From Octopus vulgaris (lineage: Eukaryota): DNA of 64,000 bases. The first letter of the stretch is position 1, and every line of letters begins with the position of its first letter. The stretch is from assembly GCA_951406725.2 (NCBI GenBank), contig OX597831.1:50468001-50532000 (forward strand), in the 5' to 3' direction. The notes beneath the pieces were generated by a model. It worked only from the letters and a program-made list of their open reading frames with translations. It was not told where the DNA came from and did no database searches. This document shows positions 26,614 through 41,188 of the stretch, one piece after another. The position numbers and the translations under genes are program-made.

Positions 26614-27133
26614 CCCGATCCTGAACATCTCAGTAACACACTCAGATTTTGACACTAATGATCATACTTTCTGCAAGGCATCCCAATATCTCGATGAAGC
26701 CTTCGCTACAAGTGGCATTAATGATAGAATGTATTGCAAGCCGGCACCAAGGTCCCACACATTAATGTAATTAACGATAATAACAAATATAATGAGCGAC
26801 AATAATAGAGTTATGAGTGTAAAGAAAGAGACAGAGATAGTGAGAGACAGAGAAGACCAGACACAGGGGTATTATATCGAGAAATATCTCATTATACAAT
26901 GGAGAATCGGTTCAGAGATGTGGTATTTCCCTTTCCAAATTATCTAAGTCACACACCGTTGATTCAGATTATTCGTAAAGTTTCTTGCGAAATATTTCTT
27001 CTGTAACAGAAGTATTGTCAACACTTTGTATGAATATATATGTTTATTTATTGATGCAAGCACTTATTATATATATATATAGAGAGAGTGATAGAAAGAT
27101 AAATAGATAGATAGACAATGCATATGTATGCAC

Positions 27134-27165
<32 letters not shown>

Positions 27166-27417
27166 GCTTATATACATAAAGAGTTGTAAATACAATATAT
27201 CTGTTTAGACATAAACCTTTCTCGAATTATGTTTATAACCGAAATAGTAATTGTATATTCATATACCACAAACAATAGAATGGGAGTGGCTGAGATAAAT
27301 GATAATTTGCGAGCATTCTGGGAATGAAGGACTGAGAGTAGTATCTGCTATAAATATATATATATATAACTATATAATAATAGGTCATGATAATATATAT
27401 ACTCAGATATAAAGCGC

Positions 27418-27842
27418 CATTTTTATATAAACAATTGACTGAAAAATGATGAGCTGACCAAACCAGATTCGAACCAACATATCAACGCTGACATTGCTCC
27501 ATGCGCATTCGATTGGTCCAAAAACTCACCCATTAATTTCAACCAAATGTTATAAATGTATAGTTTAACTGCCCAATACTTCATTTAATATTTGTAAACA
27601 AACCCGAAAGCTTTGTAATTTACAGAGATAGAGCGACTATGGAGGTCTTTTAGTACAATGGGATGCACTTGGAGCCATGTTAGCGTTAATATGTGGGTTC
27701 GATTCTGACCTAGGTTAGCTCATCATTTTTCATTCAATTTTTTATATAAAAATGTTGAAGTATATATATATAATTGATATGATACATTATTATATAGTTG
27801 CTATTGTACTAAGAGACTTCCATAGTCGCTCTATCTCCGTAA
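27418..27842. repeat. Interleaved inverted repeats A-B-A'-B'
   Basis: A 27418-27510 pairs with A' 27661-27754; B 27620-27659 pairs with B' 27803-27842. Confidence 0.8.
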
Positions 27843-27872
27843 TGTGCATAGTCTTCGGGTTTTTCTACTTAT

Positions 27873-27907
<35 letters not shown>

Positions 27908-28010
27908 TGTGTGTGTGTGTGTGTATAGGCAGACATACACATATATACACATATGCGCATACACGTATATATATATATATACATACATATGCACAAACAC
28001 GCATATATAC

Positions 28011-28065
<55 letters not shown>

Positions 28066-28068
28066 CAT

Positions 28069-28123
<55 letters not shown>

Positions 28124-28506
28124 CATATATAAATATATATGTATGTGTTCTCAAGAAAAATCTCAACAAAAAGCCAAAACGTAAAGTAAGCCAGACAAAT
28201 GAAAATATAACAAATAAAAAACGATTATATATGTACCAATTGGTTTCACTTGTTAATATTTACGTATATGAACACGCAAATATCTGCAAGATCGTCAGCA
28301 TAGTCTGTCCTTTACAAGACATACTTTCCTGACCTAGATACAGAACGCTCAACCGAAATCCAGCATGTATAAAGTTCTACATTTATATTTAGGTGCATCT
28401 TTCGAATGCCTTCACTTTGGCGCACTGAGATTGGAAATTACTCTGCAGTTCATAAATTCCAGCAGCCAATTTACCGGTTAGAGAATATTTTTTTTATTTA
28501 AAATTA

Positions 28507-28632
28507 AATAATAAGGGTAGAAATTGATATTTTTAATCCGAAGATTAAAAATAGTGTTACATACAAAATTTAGAGGACTAACCACTAAAGTGGACAGCCT
28601 ATATGCTAAACATAGACGTCAAATCGCCATTA
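28507..28632. repeat. Dispersed repeat shared with 61550-61705
   Basis: aatccgaagattaaaaat...tacatacaaaatttaga...gtggacagcct.tatgcta...atagacgtcaaa.tcgccatt in both. Confidence 0.75.
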
Positions 28633-28659
28633 CCACTACACATTATATATTTTCTCTCC

Positions 28660-28800
28660 CTGTTTCTTTCTGTGTTCCTTTCTGTGGAAGAGTGTATGCT
28701 CGAAACGTTAAAGACTTTTTCACTTCCAGAGCGTTAACTAATACATCTGTTGTCTACACCACCTGTCTTCGTCTTTTGTTCTTTTTTTTAATTCTCCATA
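28660..28800 (+). mobile_element. Neptune-like PLE pLTR 3' end with HHR variant
   Basis: ctttctgtggaagagtgtatgctcgaaacgttaaagac...ctaatacatctg...caccacctgtcttcgtc. Confidence 0.7.
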
Positions 28801-28802
28801 TA

Positions 28803-28834
<32 letters not shown>

Positions 28835-28864
28835 CACACATACACACACGCACATACACACACA

Positions 28865-28919
<55 letters not shown>

Positions 28920-29083
28920 GAACATTTGCACACGAGGCACATCATATAATGCTATCACTAATAGCCTGTAAATATTGGTTTGCGGATAACTTTCTGATAG
29001 AAAAATCGAAGTTCACAATGGCTATTCATGAGTAGTTTACATATATATGCCGTCATATATATGTGTGTAAGTGTACGCGTGGG

Positions 29084-29122
<39 letters not shown>

Positions 29123-29676
29123 ATAAAAGCTATGTTACAATGATTAAATATGCTTCATTTGTGGTATGACACACACAATCACGAAGCATTTAGAACTACG
29201 TAGGTCAGGTGGGATTTTAATAAACTGTTACTGCACGGTCTCCATGGAGTAAGATAATGCGTATTTCATATAACACTATAACGCATTTACCATCACTATT
29301 TAGATATCTACTATACATATGAATAACTTATCATCCAAATCATACAATTAGCTACAATATATATTAAGGTAACAACAGGAAGACACATATAAACGAACAC
29401 AGCGGTGTTTCTTTAGAATTTCTCAAATAATAATTCTTAAAAATTTAATGTAGGAAGATTTTAAGGTTTTATTTTCGCAGGAAATTTCGTCAAGCCACTA
29501 TTGTTAACAAGTAAATTGCCTATGAACATTTCATTTCTAAAGGCTTTATAACAACCTTTGTGTAATTTACATTCTATTGTAGCGAAAATTTTCAGAAACG
29601 TAAGAAAGTTAGTTTATGAGTTCAGTATACATACATACATACTCATAAAAATATGTGTGTATACATACATACAAAC

Positions 29677-29715
<39 letters not shown>

Positions 29716-30119
29716 TGTGTGCATACATACATGTATATATCTATATATCTATATGTATATATATATATATTGATGTGTGTGTATTATGTATGCATATATA
29801 CGTATATATTCATGTGTATACATATATAAATATAGATATATAAGGCGCAGGCGTAGCTGTGTGGAGAGTAGTGTGATTCTCAATTATATATATGTGGAAA
29901 TTTGTTAGGGTAAGCAGAATTTATATAAAAATTTACAAAGCAAGACGAAGGGATGAACAGGCTGTAATCATTTCTTAACAGTTTTTTCTCTACATTTGGA
30001 ACAGCTGTTAGCTGTTGATTTTTCCTATCATACTACTACATGAATATTATATAAATAAATTTGATACAGTATCAACTGTGTACGACTTCGAGAGCTCTCT
30101 GTCTTTCTTGATTTATGCC

Positions 30120-31232
30120 AGACTTGACTGAAGATACTTTGGCAAGTCTACTGCAACTGGCAGCTAAACGGCAGCATCCCCAGTTTTGTGAGCCGAGAAG
30201 CTGTGACTCTGCTAAAGAAAGACCCTAACAAGAGAAACGTTATAGATAATTTCCAGTCCATCATTCTGCTCAATGCAGATATGAAAATTTTGACCAAGGT
30301 GCTAGCCAAGAAGTTGGTGCTTGTACTCGAGAAACTGGTCGATAAGGCGCAAACATGCACCGTGTCGGGCAGAAGTATCACTGATAACCTCCACCCCATG
30401 CGCAACATCATAGACAGAGTTATAAAGGAAACTGGTAAGGGTGGAACCCTAATCAATTTGGAGCAATCAAAAGCATTCGATAGGGTCGATGATCGATACT
30501 TGGTGGCTTTCGTTAGGGCGGCTAGTTTCGGTCCAGTCTTCCGCGGTTGGATCACTGTTTTATACAGCAGCATCCGCTCGGTAGTTCGAGTAAATGATCA
30601 TCTATTTAGACCATTTAACATCACGCGTTCGATCCGTCAAGCAAGCCCCTTCTCGTCATTTCTGTATGCATTGACTCTAGAGCCACTACTGCAGAAGCTG
30701 GCGACGCTAAGGAAGGACTAGGATGCGGGAGGAACGTGTCTAAATACACGGACGATGTCACCGTCATAGTTTCAAACCACACGTATATTGACTTGGTCGG
30801 CGAGACACTAAAAGAATACGAATCGGTAACAGGAGCAAAAATTAACCCGGAAAGCCAGTGGCATTGTGGTTCGGCACCTTGAGAAGCCGGCCCTTGCCGT
30901 CCAACATCGTCTCAATCGTGGATACTGGACCGACGGATTGTTTAAATTGTTCGGGGGTTGGTTTGGTCTAGGCCTCTAAATGGAGGAATGGGATGAGATA
31001 ACGAGCAGGGTGGTCATTCTCACCTAGCTGTGGGCCGAAAGGAAGCTATCTCTAAAAAGTCGGGGCTTTGGTGGCGAATGCGTACATTGTATCTGTCATC
31101 TACTACCGTCTGATCGTCGTGCCTTGTCCCGACCCTGCCATCACGAAACTGGAAGGCATACTCTTCGGCTTTTTGTGAAGGAGAAGCGTTCTGATTTTTA
31201 GGCGAACCATTTGCTGTCAACACCCACTAAAC
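30120..31232 (+). mobile_element. L1/Tx1-like LINE RT fragment (degenerate)
   Basis: VTLLKKDPNK...LLNADMKILTKVLAK...LINLEQSKAFDRVD...FGPVFRGWI...RSIRQASPFS...LEPLL, then YTDDVT (~30745) in a shifted frame. Confidence 0.9.
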
Positions 31233-31746
31233 TGGTGGATTACCACTAACGCTGCGGACACTGCAGGATAGAATGTTACTGTCCGGGTGTAGAAACCATA
31301 ATGATATCAGATTTAGCAGCAGATGACGGGAATGCACATATGTTATATTCGATTGTGAATTATTTATATCTTCATTCTTGTAAAGTAGAAAATATTTGTG
31401 GAGATCTCTTACTTTAGTATATTTTGTTTCTCTTCAGAGATGTCTAATTAGGCTTCGACAATGCTAAAATATTGGTATATAGTTTTAGGAGGTTCCGTAG
31501 CATATATTTGGCGTTCATTATATTAGGAAGAAACAGAACAATGAGTACAACATTAATAAGGCTATAATAATAACAAAACTAACAACATCAATATCAAAAA
31601 CAAAAGCAATAAATGCAATAGAAATAGTACATGCGGCCTTAAGACACTGGCAAGCATTAGATCTCAAATTACTTCTGAGAGAGAGAGAGAGACAGAAGAG
31701 AGACAGAGGGAGAGACAGAGACAGAGGAAGAGACAGAAATATATAT

Positions 31747-31880
<134 letters not shown>

Positions 31881-32128
31881 ATCTTTCTTTATTAGCCACG
31901 TAAGGACGAACACAGAGGGGACAATACAGTGTAGAAATTTTTGTTTTCGAAAGAAGGAAAGAAAGAAAAAATACGATCAAAAGAGATCGAAAGCGTTTGG
32001 AACGTGTAAACAGCAAAATAAGGCGGGGTAAAAATGTAAAGCAGATTAGGTTTATCTGTGGAAAGAAAAGCCTACGAAAAAGACCGCGGTAACCTCAGGC
32101 AAGGAAAGAAACACATGAGAGCAAAGTG

Positions 32129-32176
<48 letters not shown>

Positions 32177-33422
32177 TAGATTTACAAGATCATGCTCAAA
32201 GTGGTTTCGTCATTCACGCGTATCATCTTTGCTGTATTCACCCACCTTTTATTGAAATTTTCATGAGACAAAACTTCCTCCTCTATTCTCATCTTCCTTT
32301 TCAAGTGGTGCTTGAAAAGTTGATGAGCGATTGGCTAGAGAGGAAAGTATCTGTCTCTAAACTTTTCGTACGAGTCCACCACACATTCTTTCACCATAGC
32401 CACTAGTACAATGAAAACTGCCTTGCCTTCTCGGTTAAAGGAAGGTGGCGGGGCAATGTTCACGATAGACTCGGCAGATAAACGAACTCGTCCTGCACAT
32501 AACAGCAGCCGTTCGACAGAAGCCCGCCGGTCTGAAATAGATGGTGTGCGTAACGGTTTCGTCACTCTAACCGCATCTCGGCCAAGTCGGTTCGTTGTAT
32601 CACTAACCGCGCCTGTAGAGCTTATCCCGAACGGTCAATACTTCCCGATAGCACGGCCAGGCGAAGGATCTCTGGTGGTTTTCCATAGGTCCAAGCCCGA
32701 AAGTAGTCCTGAAGAAGCGGGTCAGGTGATCTCTGTTGATGCCTAGATTCTCCCCAAGAACATCGTCGCACCTCCCTTCTACTAATCTTCTGTAGAGCGC
32801 ATTTGTGGAAATGACGTCGCACAAGTTTGCTTTCAGACGGCAAATTTGCCTCAGAGCAAGGCGGCACTCGCGGTTTCATTCGCCTAGCCTCGGTTTCTGT
32901 TTGATCCATGACTGCAGTTCGGCCAAAGAGATGAGGTGCGTAAGAGCGCGCCTCACAAATATATGACGAATGCGTCATATATTTTATGGATAGTTTCCAC
33001 TCGGCCTAATGCTGGGTGAGATTGGTCACCCTACTTGTTATCTCGTCCCAGTTCTTCTCCATTTGGAGGTCCGGTCCGAACCAGATCCTGAGCAAGTTAA
33101 CCAGTCCGTCGGTCCAGTGTCCCACGATGTAGACGCTGTTGGACGGGATGGGCCTGCTTTTCCAGGTGCCGAGCCGCAAGCCCACTGACTTTTCCGAGTT
33201 AATTTTCGCTTCCGTTACCGCTTCGTATTCTTTTAGTGTCTCGCTGACCAGGTCGATATGACGGTGACGTCGTCCGCCTATGCAGACACGCCCCTCCCGC
33301 ATCCCAGTTCTCGCGGAATGCCCCTTAGCGTCGCCAGCTTCCGCAGTAGTGGCTCTAGAGTCAATACATAGAGAAGAAGCGACGAGAAGGGGCATCCTTG
33401 CCGCACCGAACGCGTGGTGTTA
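31881..33422 (-). mobile_element. L1/Tx1-like LINE, 3' half including 3' UTR
   Basis: YEAVTEAKINSEKSVGL...WFGPDLQMEKNW; same family as 30120; ends ...tggctaataaaagaaag. Confidence 0.85.
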
Positions 33423-33427
33423 AATAT

Positions 33428-33634
<207 letters not shown>

Positions 33635-34159
33635 AACTGCCAGAGATGCTGAAAACTACATACTACAAAATCCTCTGGATCTAATTTCTTACAGTAATAC
33701 TAGAAATATCCATAATCTTGAAAACTTCTTCCATCAGACAAAGATATGCTACTCTTTAACTTCAACGAAGCACACCAATCGTAACACACATACTCGTCCA
33801 TATAATTCTATACAAAATGAAACAGGGTACAAACGTACATTAAACATTGTAGGAGAGATTTTACATTGTACAATGCAGTCTTGTAGCGTTTTACTACAAA
33901 GTCACTACACTACATCATTATATTTATGTTGTTGTCTTTAACGCGAGGCGTTCACACACGCTAAAGTAAATCATAGTACGTAATAATCGGAAGCCGTTGT
34001 AATGATGTTAGCTGTGACGCCGTTGAAGAGAAAAATGTTAAACAGAGAGGGGACCCATGCTTTGCTGGTTGACTGCGATGGTTGAAAGAAATGGTGATCA
34101 TGGAAAATCTGGAACTTAGAGCGTAAGAACAAATACGGGAAATTCGTTTTGACACAGTC

Positions 34160-34230
<71 letters not shown>

Positions 34231-34364
34231 ATGTAGGTAGGTAGGTATGTGTGAACCTTATTTGCCTAATTTTGATTCTTACTTCTGCATTATTCTACAC
34301 CCTCAGGTTTAAAACCCTGGGCACTTAAAAGTGAAGTCTATACATTGGAGGAAATATCCTTAGA

Positions 34365-34463
<99 letters not shown>

Positions 34464-34485
34464 GTACGTATATGCGTGTACATAA

Positions 34486-34560
<75 letters not shown>

Positions 34561-35229
34561 TATACATATATACTCGCGTGTATGTATTATACATGTGTTG
34601 TATATATATATATATATTCATGTACATGTTATATGCGTAAGTGTGTGTGTGTGTGTGTGTGTTCGTGTACATGTTTATATCTATGTATGTACGTGTGTGA
34701 GAGGTCAAAAAGATAGGAAGAAAAGCAGAATTGAATTCTTACAGTATTTCATTTCGGCGCTCTGTTTTCCGTCTTGCTTTTCACCGTTGTCGACGTATCT
34801 TTCCATTCAGGTCGGGACGATAAAATACGTAATTGCAATAAGTTATTTTCGTTTCTTTCAAATATATTTACTCTCCCTTCAAACGAAAAACAATTATTCA
34901 CGTACGTTGCCAAAATAAATCAATATATTTACTTGTTTTTCATCTATTAAGAAATTTTTACAACGATGAACATCAAGACGATCAGTACTGCTTCATAGAA
35001 TTTATGACACCAGTCGACGCTATTTCTAATCTTAGTATTCACAAGCTTATAACCTTAGACACGTATTTTAGATTTGAGAGGGTTTACTTTCACATCATCC
35101 AAATATCTCCCCGATGAGTGATAAAACCTTCGAAGCAAGCCAAAAACAGAAGAAATTAACAACAACAACAACAACAGCAATAAGAGCTTCTGATCTTAAC
35201 ATATTTGAAGTGTTATCATGTACATTGTT

Positions 35230-35703
35230 TTGTCTTTGTATAAAAGACGGACTACAGCAAATTTTCTGCTCAATACCACAGATTTGCCTGTCAGTTGTTT
35301 GACCTTAACAAGTTGAGCATGTCCCTTAGTGGTTGATATGTGCATCTCTGATCACGAGCAGAAGTAGTGGGGGAGCATCATAGCCATTTGTTAAGAGGGA
35401 TTCTTTGGAGTTTGAATAATTCACCTCTGAAAACATGGATGTTTCGTTCAACATCCTTAAACAACACTTATTCAGTGACCTTTTGAGCGGGATGGGCTAC
35501 TCGACCAGAAGAAAATTCTAACTGGACCCCACCTGCAAGGTCATGTGCTGTTTATCTTGATATGAGATCACCATGTAGCGCACATATGGTTATGATGCAT
35601 GTACCTGGTGTACCCTTATCAGACGGGTTGTCATGATGGGTATATTGGGATTCGTATATTTTACCCCAGCGTCACTTTGATGACATGCACTGCTCTCTCA
35701 CTC

Positions 35704-35745
<42 letters not shown>
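35230..35745 (+). repeat. Interspersed repeat ending in (AAT)n, probably a retroelement 3' region
   Basis: Higher-GC non-coding block that ends abruptly in (AAT)n; family not assignable. Confidence 0.4.
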
Positions 35746-37295
35746 TTCTTTTATTAGCCACAAAGGCTGACATTAAGATAACATTAAAAGTCATTACAGT
35801 AAACTGAAAGACAATACAAGACGAAAGACAAGGGGCTTTACAGTGGTGTACACATTAATTAAGAAAATCATTAAACAAGAGAACTCCCACTAGGGGGAGG
35901 CGCTATAAAAGGTTACTCGTGGGAAAAACCTAGAAATGCAACGGTTGGGATGACCATCTGGGTATAGCCTCCTCCTTTTAGCCTTACTTTTTTCTTTTTC
36001 TTTTCACAGTTACATGTTTAAGACCGGTTTTCACACACTGGCCATTCTCCCGTTTCACCCACCTTTCAACAAACTTACTAGAAGACGACACTTCCCTCTC
36101 CATCCTCACTTTCCTTTTCAAATGAAAGTTGAAAAAGTATACGAAGGCTTGGCCAAAAAGGAATATGCCTGCTTTTAGCCCTTTGAAACGGGTTCCCCTC
36201 ACTACCTTTTTCGTTACAGCCACTAGACAAATAAAAATTGCCTGCCCCACTCGGCCAAAAGTGAGCAGCAATGAAATCTTCACAATGCATTCAGCTGATT
36301 GCCGGATTCGTCCTACACGTGACAGCAGATGTTCGACATAAACCCACAGGCCAGCAATGCTCGGACTCTGGACGAGGGTCTGCAGAACGGTTTCACCCTT
36401 TTGCACGCACGTCAGGCAGACTCGGCTGACGGCACTTCTGTTCCTATAGAGTTTAAACCGAACTGGCAGCGCCCCTCAGTAGCACTGCCAGGCCAAGAAT
36501 CTCTAGAAGTTATCCATAGGCCCCGGCCCGAACGTTCTCCGACACAGACTGGTTAGTTGATCTTCATTGAAGCCCAGAGTTTCCCCGAGAACGTCGTCGC
36601 ACTTTTCCTCCACTAGCCCTTTATAGAACGCTAGCATAGAGCTACCACCGATCGCATTGCCCGACTGGCGGAGAGCTATGAGCGCTTGTCGACACTCGAA
36701 GTGCCAAGCGCTCCACCTCGGTCTACGCCTAATCCAGGACTGCAGTTCAGTCAAAGAGACGAGCTGTGGAAAAATGAGTCTGATTAGCTATCCTGCTCGT
36801 CGCCCCGTTCCAGGTTTATTCCACTTGGAGGTCTGGACCGAACCAGACCTCGAGCAATTTAACCGAACCGTCTGTCCATCGTCCCACGATGTTGTTGGGC
36901 GGCATGGACTTGCCTCTCCAGGTACTGAGTTGCAAGTCCACTGACTTTCCCGTGTTAATTTTTGCTCCTGTCACCCCTTCATATTCGTTTAGTGTGTCGC
37001 CAATCATGTCTATATGCCCGTGACTCGACACTATGGTGGTGACATCTTCAGTGAAAACAAACACTTCCCCAACATCCTAGATCACGAGGGACACTCCTCA
37101 AAGCCTCCAACCTCCGCAGTATTAGCTTAAAAGTCAGTACATACAGAATGGAGGAGAGAGGGTATCTTTGCCGGACCAAACGCAAGATGCTGAATAGCTC
37201 TGACAGGTGACCATTCACCCGAACAACCGAGCAGATACCGTTGTACAAAGCAGCGATCCAACCACGGAAAACCAGACCGACACCGGCTGTCCTGG
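35746..37295 (-). mobile_element. L1/Tx1-like LINE, 3' half
   Basis: GLVFRGWIAALY...RVNGHLS; YEGVTGAKINTGKS...WFGPDLQVE; VEHLLSRVGRI; ends ...tggctaataaaagaaa. Confidence 0.85.
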
Positions 37296-37304
37296 TTTTC
37301 CGTG

Positions 37305-37445
37305 GCAAAAGAGACCGATAGAATAAGTACTGGGCTTACAAAGAATAAGTCCCGGAGTCGATTTGCTCGACTAAAGGCGGTGCTCCAGCATGGCCGCAGT
37401 CAAATGACTGAAACAAGTAAAAGATAAAAGAAAGATAAAAAAGAT
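37305..37445 (+). mobile_element. SINE family A 3' part
   Basis: ggcaaaagagaccgatagaataagtact...gactgaaacaagtaaaag. Confidence 0.8.
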
Positions 37446-39557
37446 ATATTGGTGTCCTTGCAATGGGTAGTGTCCGACAGAAACGCGCGCACGCACGCAC
37501 ACACGCACATACACACACACACACACACATACACATATATATATAATAGAATTCTCTTAATTTTCAATCTCCTACTTCTACTCACAAAACATTGATCAAT
37601 ACTCTGGAACTGAACCCCGAACAAGATTCTTACGAAGTGAATATCTTAACCGCCCAACTATGCCTGCACACATGATGGAAACCATTCCAGTCATGGCTAT
37701 TTTGTCGTTATCTATATCTAAAACAGCATTTTTGAATGTGCTATTCCAATTTTAAGACGACAGGTTGTGATTAGAGTATGATTCGATTATTATTTTTAGC
37801 AAGTTGATCAACCTTGGAGATGATTTCTTTTTGTTAGGTAGTACTTCAATTTAATTATATTAATTGAGATTAATTCTGCTTTGCAGTCCTATCGGAACTG
37901 TCTTTACCTTTCATATCACCGGGGAAATATGAAACGTCTCGTGTATCAGTCACCTCCTGAAGCTCAATCAATCAATTATGTTGCTTATAATTCTATATAG
38001 ACTCTGCCGACGGCAATAAATTAATATACATCTCCATGTTTATAATAGGATTTGCATGTATGTCTCCCATTGGCATCGCAGCGTGCGCTTTTATATAACT
38101 ATACAAACATACCCAGAAAAAAAGAAAGAGTAAATATTCTATACAACCGCAGTGGATTTTTAATAATATCGCCTTTAGATTTATGTCGATTGATTTAGCT
38201 ACAGGAACTGATTTGACGAAAATTAATGATGTCTTCTCATGGGACTAACACTTATAGTTAGTGAAAAGCAGTTTTGCCAATTCTGCATTTCTCTTCAGGA
38301 TAATATTTATCATTAAATTTAGTACTGAATGTAATAAATATGCAAGTCAACTTTCATTGTTTTGTTATTCCAAGCAAGTTGTCAATCGAAAAGATCAAAG
38401 TACGCATGTTTTGTTAACTTCATAACCAGTATTTAATGAATATGGTCTGGCCTGATAACGCTATTTTACTTTCATAAAAAAAGTAAAAGTAACAGCGGTT
38501 CTTATATTTCTAATCGTATATTTCTAAACTCAATCTCTGCCAAATATCTCATTAATCGACTAACAATGAATACACAGTGTAATTTGCTTAACGATTTCGA
38601 TGCCGTCAGTATTTGTATATTTGCACGCAAATTCTAATTAATGTAGTGCTCTCAGGCGAGATTATTAAAACTCTCCTTGTATTGTAGTTATTAGTATAGA
38701 AACTAATATAGTGAGAGTAGTATATAGCGGATGGTAATAAATCTTTAACATCCACACAACTTATTGTGTTGTCGCCGATTAAATTTATAAGTATCGCTGG
38801 TAATTTCATTATTTAAACAGAACAATGTAAAGCAAAATCGTTTCTGATAATATCTAAACACTGCAGATAAGATATATATCTTGACGTTTTATCGATTCTA
38901 CGATTATTTGGCAGTTTCACTATATAATAATTCCAATTCTAAAATTCTCCCAATACCCTCCTCCTCTCACGAAGGAAGTGTTTATTAAAGTATAAAATAA
39001 CCCCAAGAAAATTACTAAATAGACCATTTTTCAGGAATTTCAATGAAAACTTCCTTTCTCTCTTTTTTTTCGTAGGGACAAGGCCAGGATTTTAAGTGAA
39101 GAAGGTTAGTTGATTCTATCGTCTCCTTAAGTTTTCTAATACATTGTTTTATCGACACGAAAGAATTAACTGTAAAGTTCACCTCGTTGGTATTTGAACT
39201 CAGAATGTAAACAGTCGGAACAGATAACGCAAACTCTTTTCCTGACGCTCTAGCGAATCTATCATATCGATAACTTAAATTCATGAATTAGACACAAAGC
39301 CAGCAATTATGAGGGAACGGGTTAGTCGATACTTGATTGATATTGCATTTTATCGACTCCGGAAGAAAGAAAGCAAAGCAAGCAAAACGTAAAGAGCCGG
39401 AAGAAAGACCACAAAGAAGCCATTCCGATGTTCTACCGTTACTTTCATGAACTTAGATCAATAAATGAATGGTATTTTGAATGCAACATGCAATAAAAAT
39501 GTATTAGTTGATAGGCATAAATTTTCCTTTTAGTTGGTGGGACACAACAAAAACCTT

Positions 39558-39972
39558 GTGTGGTAAGTAGCTTGCTTACGAACTACATGATTCTGGGTTC
39601 AGTCCCACTGCATGGCACCTTGGGCAAGTGTCTCCTACTATAACCTCGGGCCGACCAAAGCCTTGTTAGTGGATTTAGTTGACAGAAACTGAAAGAAGCT
39701 CGTCGTATATATGTATATATATGTGTGTATGTGTGTATATATGTCTGTGTGTCTGTGTTTGTCCCGCACGCCCCAACATCGCTTGACAACCGATGCTGGT
39801 GTGTTTATGTCACCGTAACTTAGCGCTTCGGCAAAGGAGACTGATAGAATAAGTACTAAGCTTACAAAGAATAAGTCCTAGGGTCGATTTGCTCGACTAA
39901 AGGCGGTGCTCCAACATGGCCACAGTCACATGACTGAAATAAGTAAAAGAGTAAAAGAGTAAAAGAGTAAAG
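39558..39972 (+). mobile_element. SINE family A
   Basis: Near-full copy, matches 12521. Confidence 0.85.
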
Positions 39973-40983
39973 AGATTAACACTTAAGGAGAAGGAGACTT
40001 AATCTCAAGAGAAGTTAGTGTATAAATTTCAAGGGTAGAAACACCGATTTCGTTTTGTAGGAAGAGCAAACCGGGATATGTTTCTAATTATAGAACTCTG
40101 CCTTGCGTAATCTCCATAAGTCTGTTTTAGGTTATATCGTAAGTAATAAATCAACTTCTTTTTATATCATCCACTATATTTCACCAGTGTTATTTTATCA
40201 CCTTGTCATGTAGAAACAAGAAAGCGCTTTAGCAGAATTTGAACACAAATTGGATTAAGTCAATCTACGACAATGGACTCTCTCAGTCACCCTATTCCAA
40301 AGAAATGATCTCCAATTTGATTTAAGGCAACTAACATTCCTCATAGTGTTATAGTCGATTCCGCTACTCCAAATAAATGCATCGGGCAATAAAATTTATT
40401 GACCTCGTAATATACATACATACATATTTGCATGCATACGGGCATAATACATACATGCATACAGGCATCATACATACATGCATGTATACATACATACATA
40501 CATACATACATTCATACATACATACATACATACATACATACAGACATACAGACAGACATGCATACATACATGCATATATGTATACGTATATGATGGTTGC
40601 CAATTCTATTTCGAGCAGAGCCATTGCCTGATCTCTTTATGCCCCAGAATAAAATCAAGAAAAGATATAGGGAGCAAAGGTGATAATTAGGAATATCAAT
40701 ATGTCTAATTAAAAGTATCACAGAAAAGATTTTGATGGTCGAATTCTAAGTCAATTATATAATTTCTACACTTGTCTTGCACAATTTAATTCTTGGCATC
40801 ACACAGACCAGCGTGAAGTTAACTCTCACCGTCATTTTTACAAAGCATAAGGAGGCATACAACTAAATAGCAGAAGGTTGTTAGACCTGGACTCAATTGA
40901 CTCGTTTAAAATGGGAGATATGTCAGTATAGGTGTCGTAGTACTGAAACAGATGCAATGTATTACTGGAGAATATTATATTTT

Positions 40984-41188
40984 ACTAGCAGTATCGCCCG
41001 GCGTTGCTCGGGTTTGTAATGGAAATAACTATATAAGCATTTTTAGAGAGTTATAGCCAAAAAATAGCAAAAAAATGCATTAAAAATGGAAAAAAAATTA
41101 TGGTAAATTTTTTTTAAATCGTTGACTCATCATAGACATTTTTAGAGAGTTACTCCTCTTATATAATAGCGAAAAAAATGCATTAAAA
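40984..41188 (-). mobile_element. Helitron/Helentron-like terminus with internal tandem repeat
   Basis: actag + hairpin cccggcgttgctcggg; repeated catttttagagagtta...aaaaaaatgcattaaaa. Confidence 0.5.
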
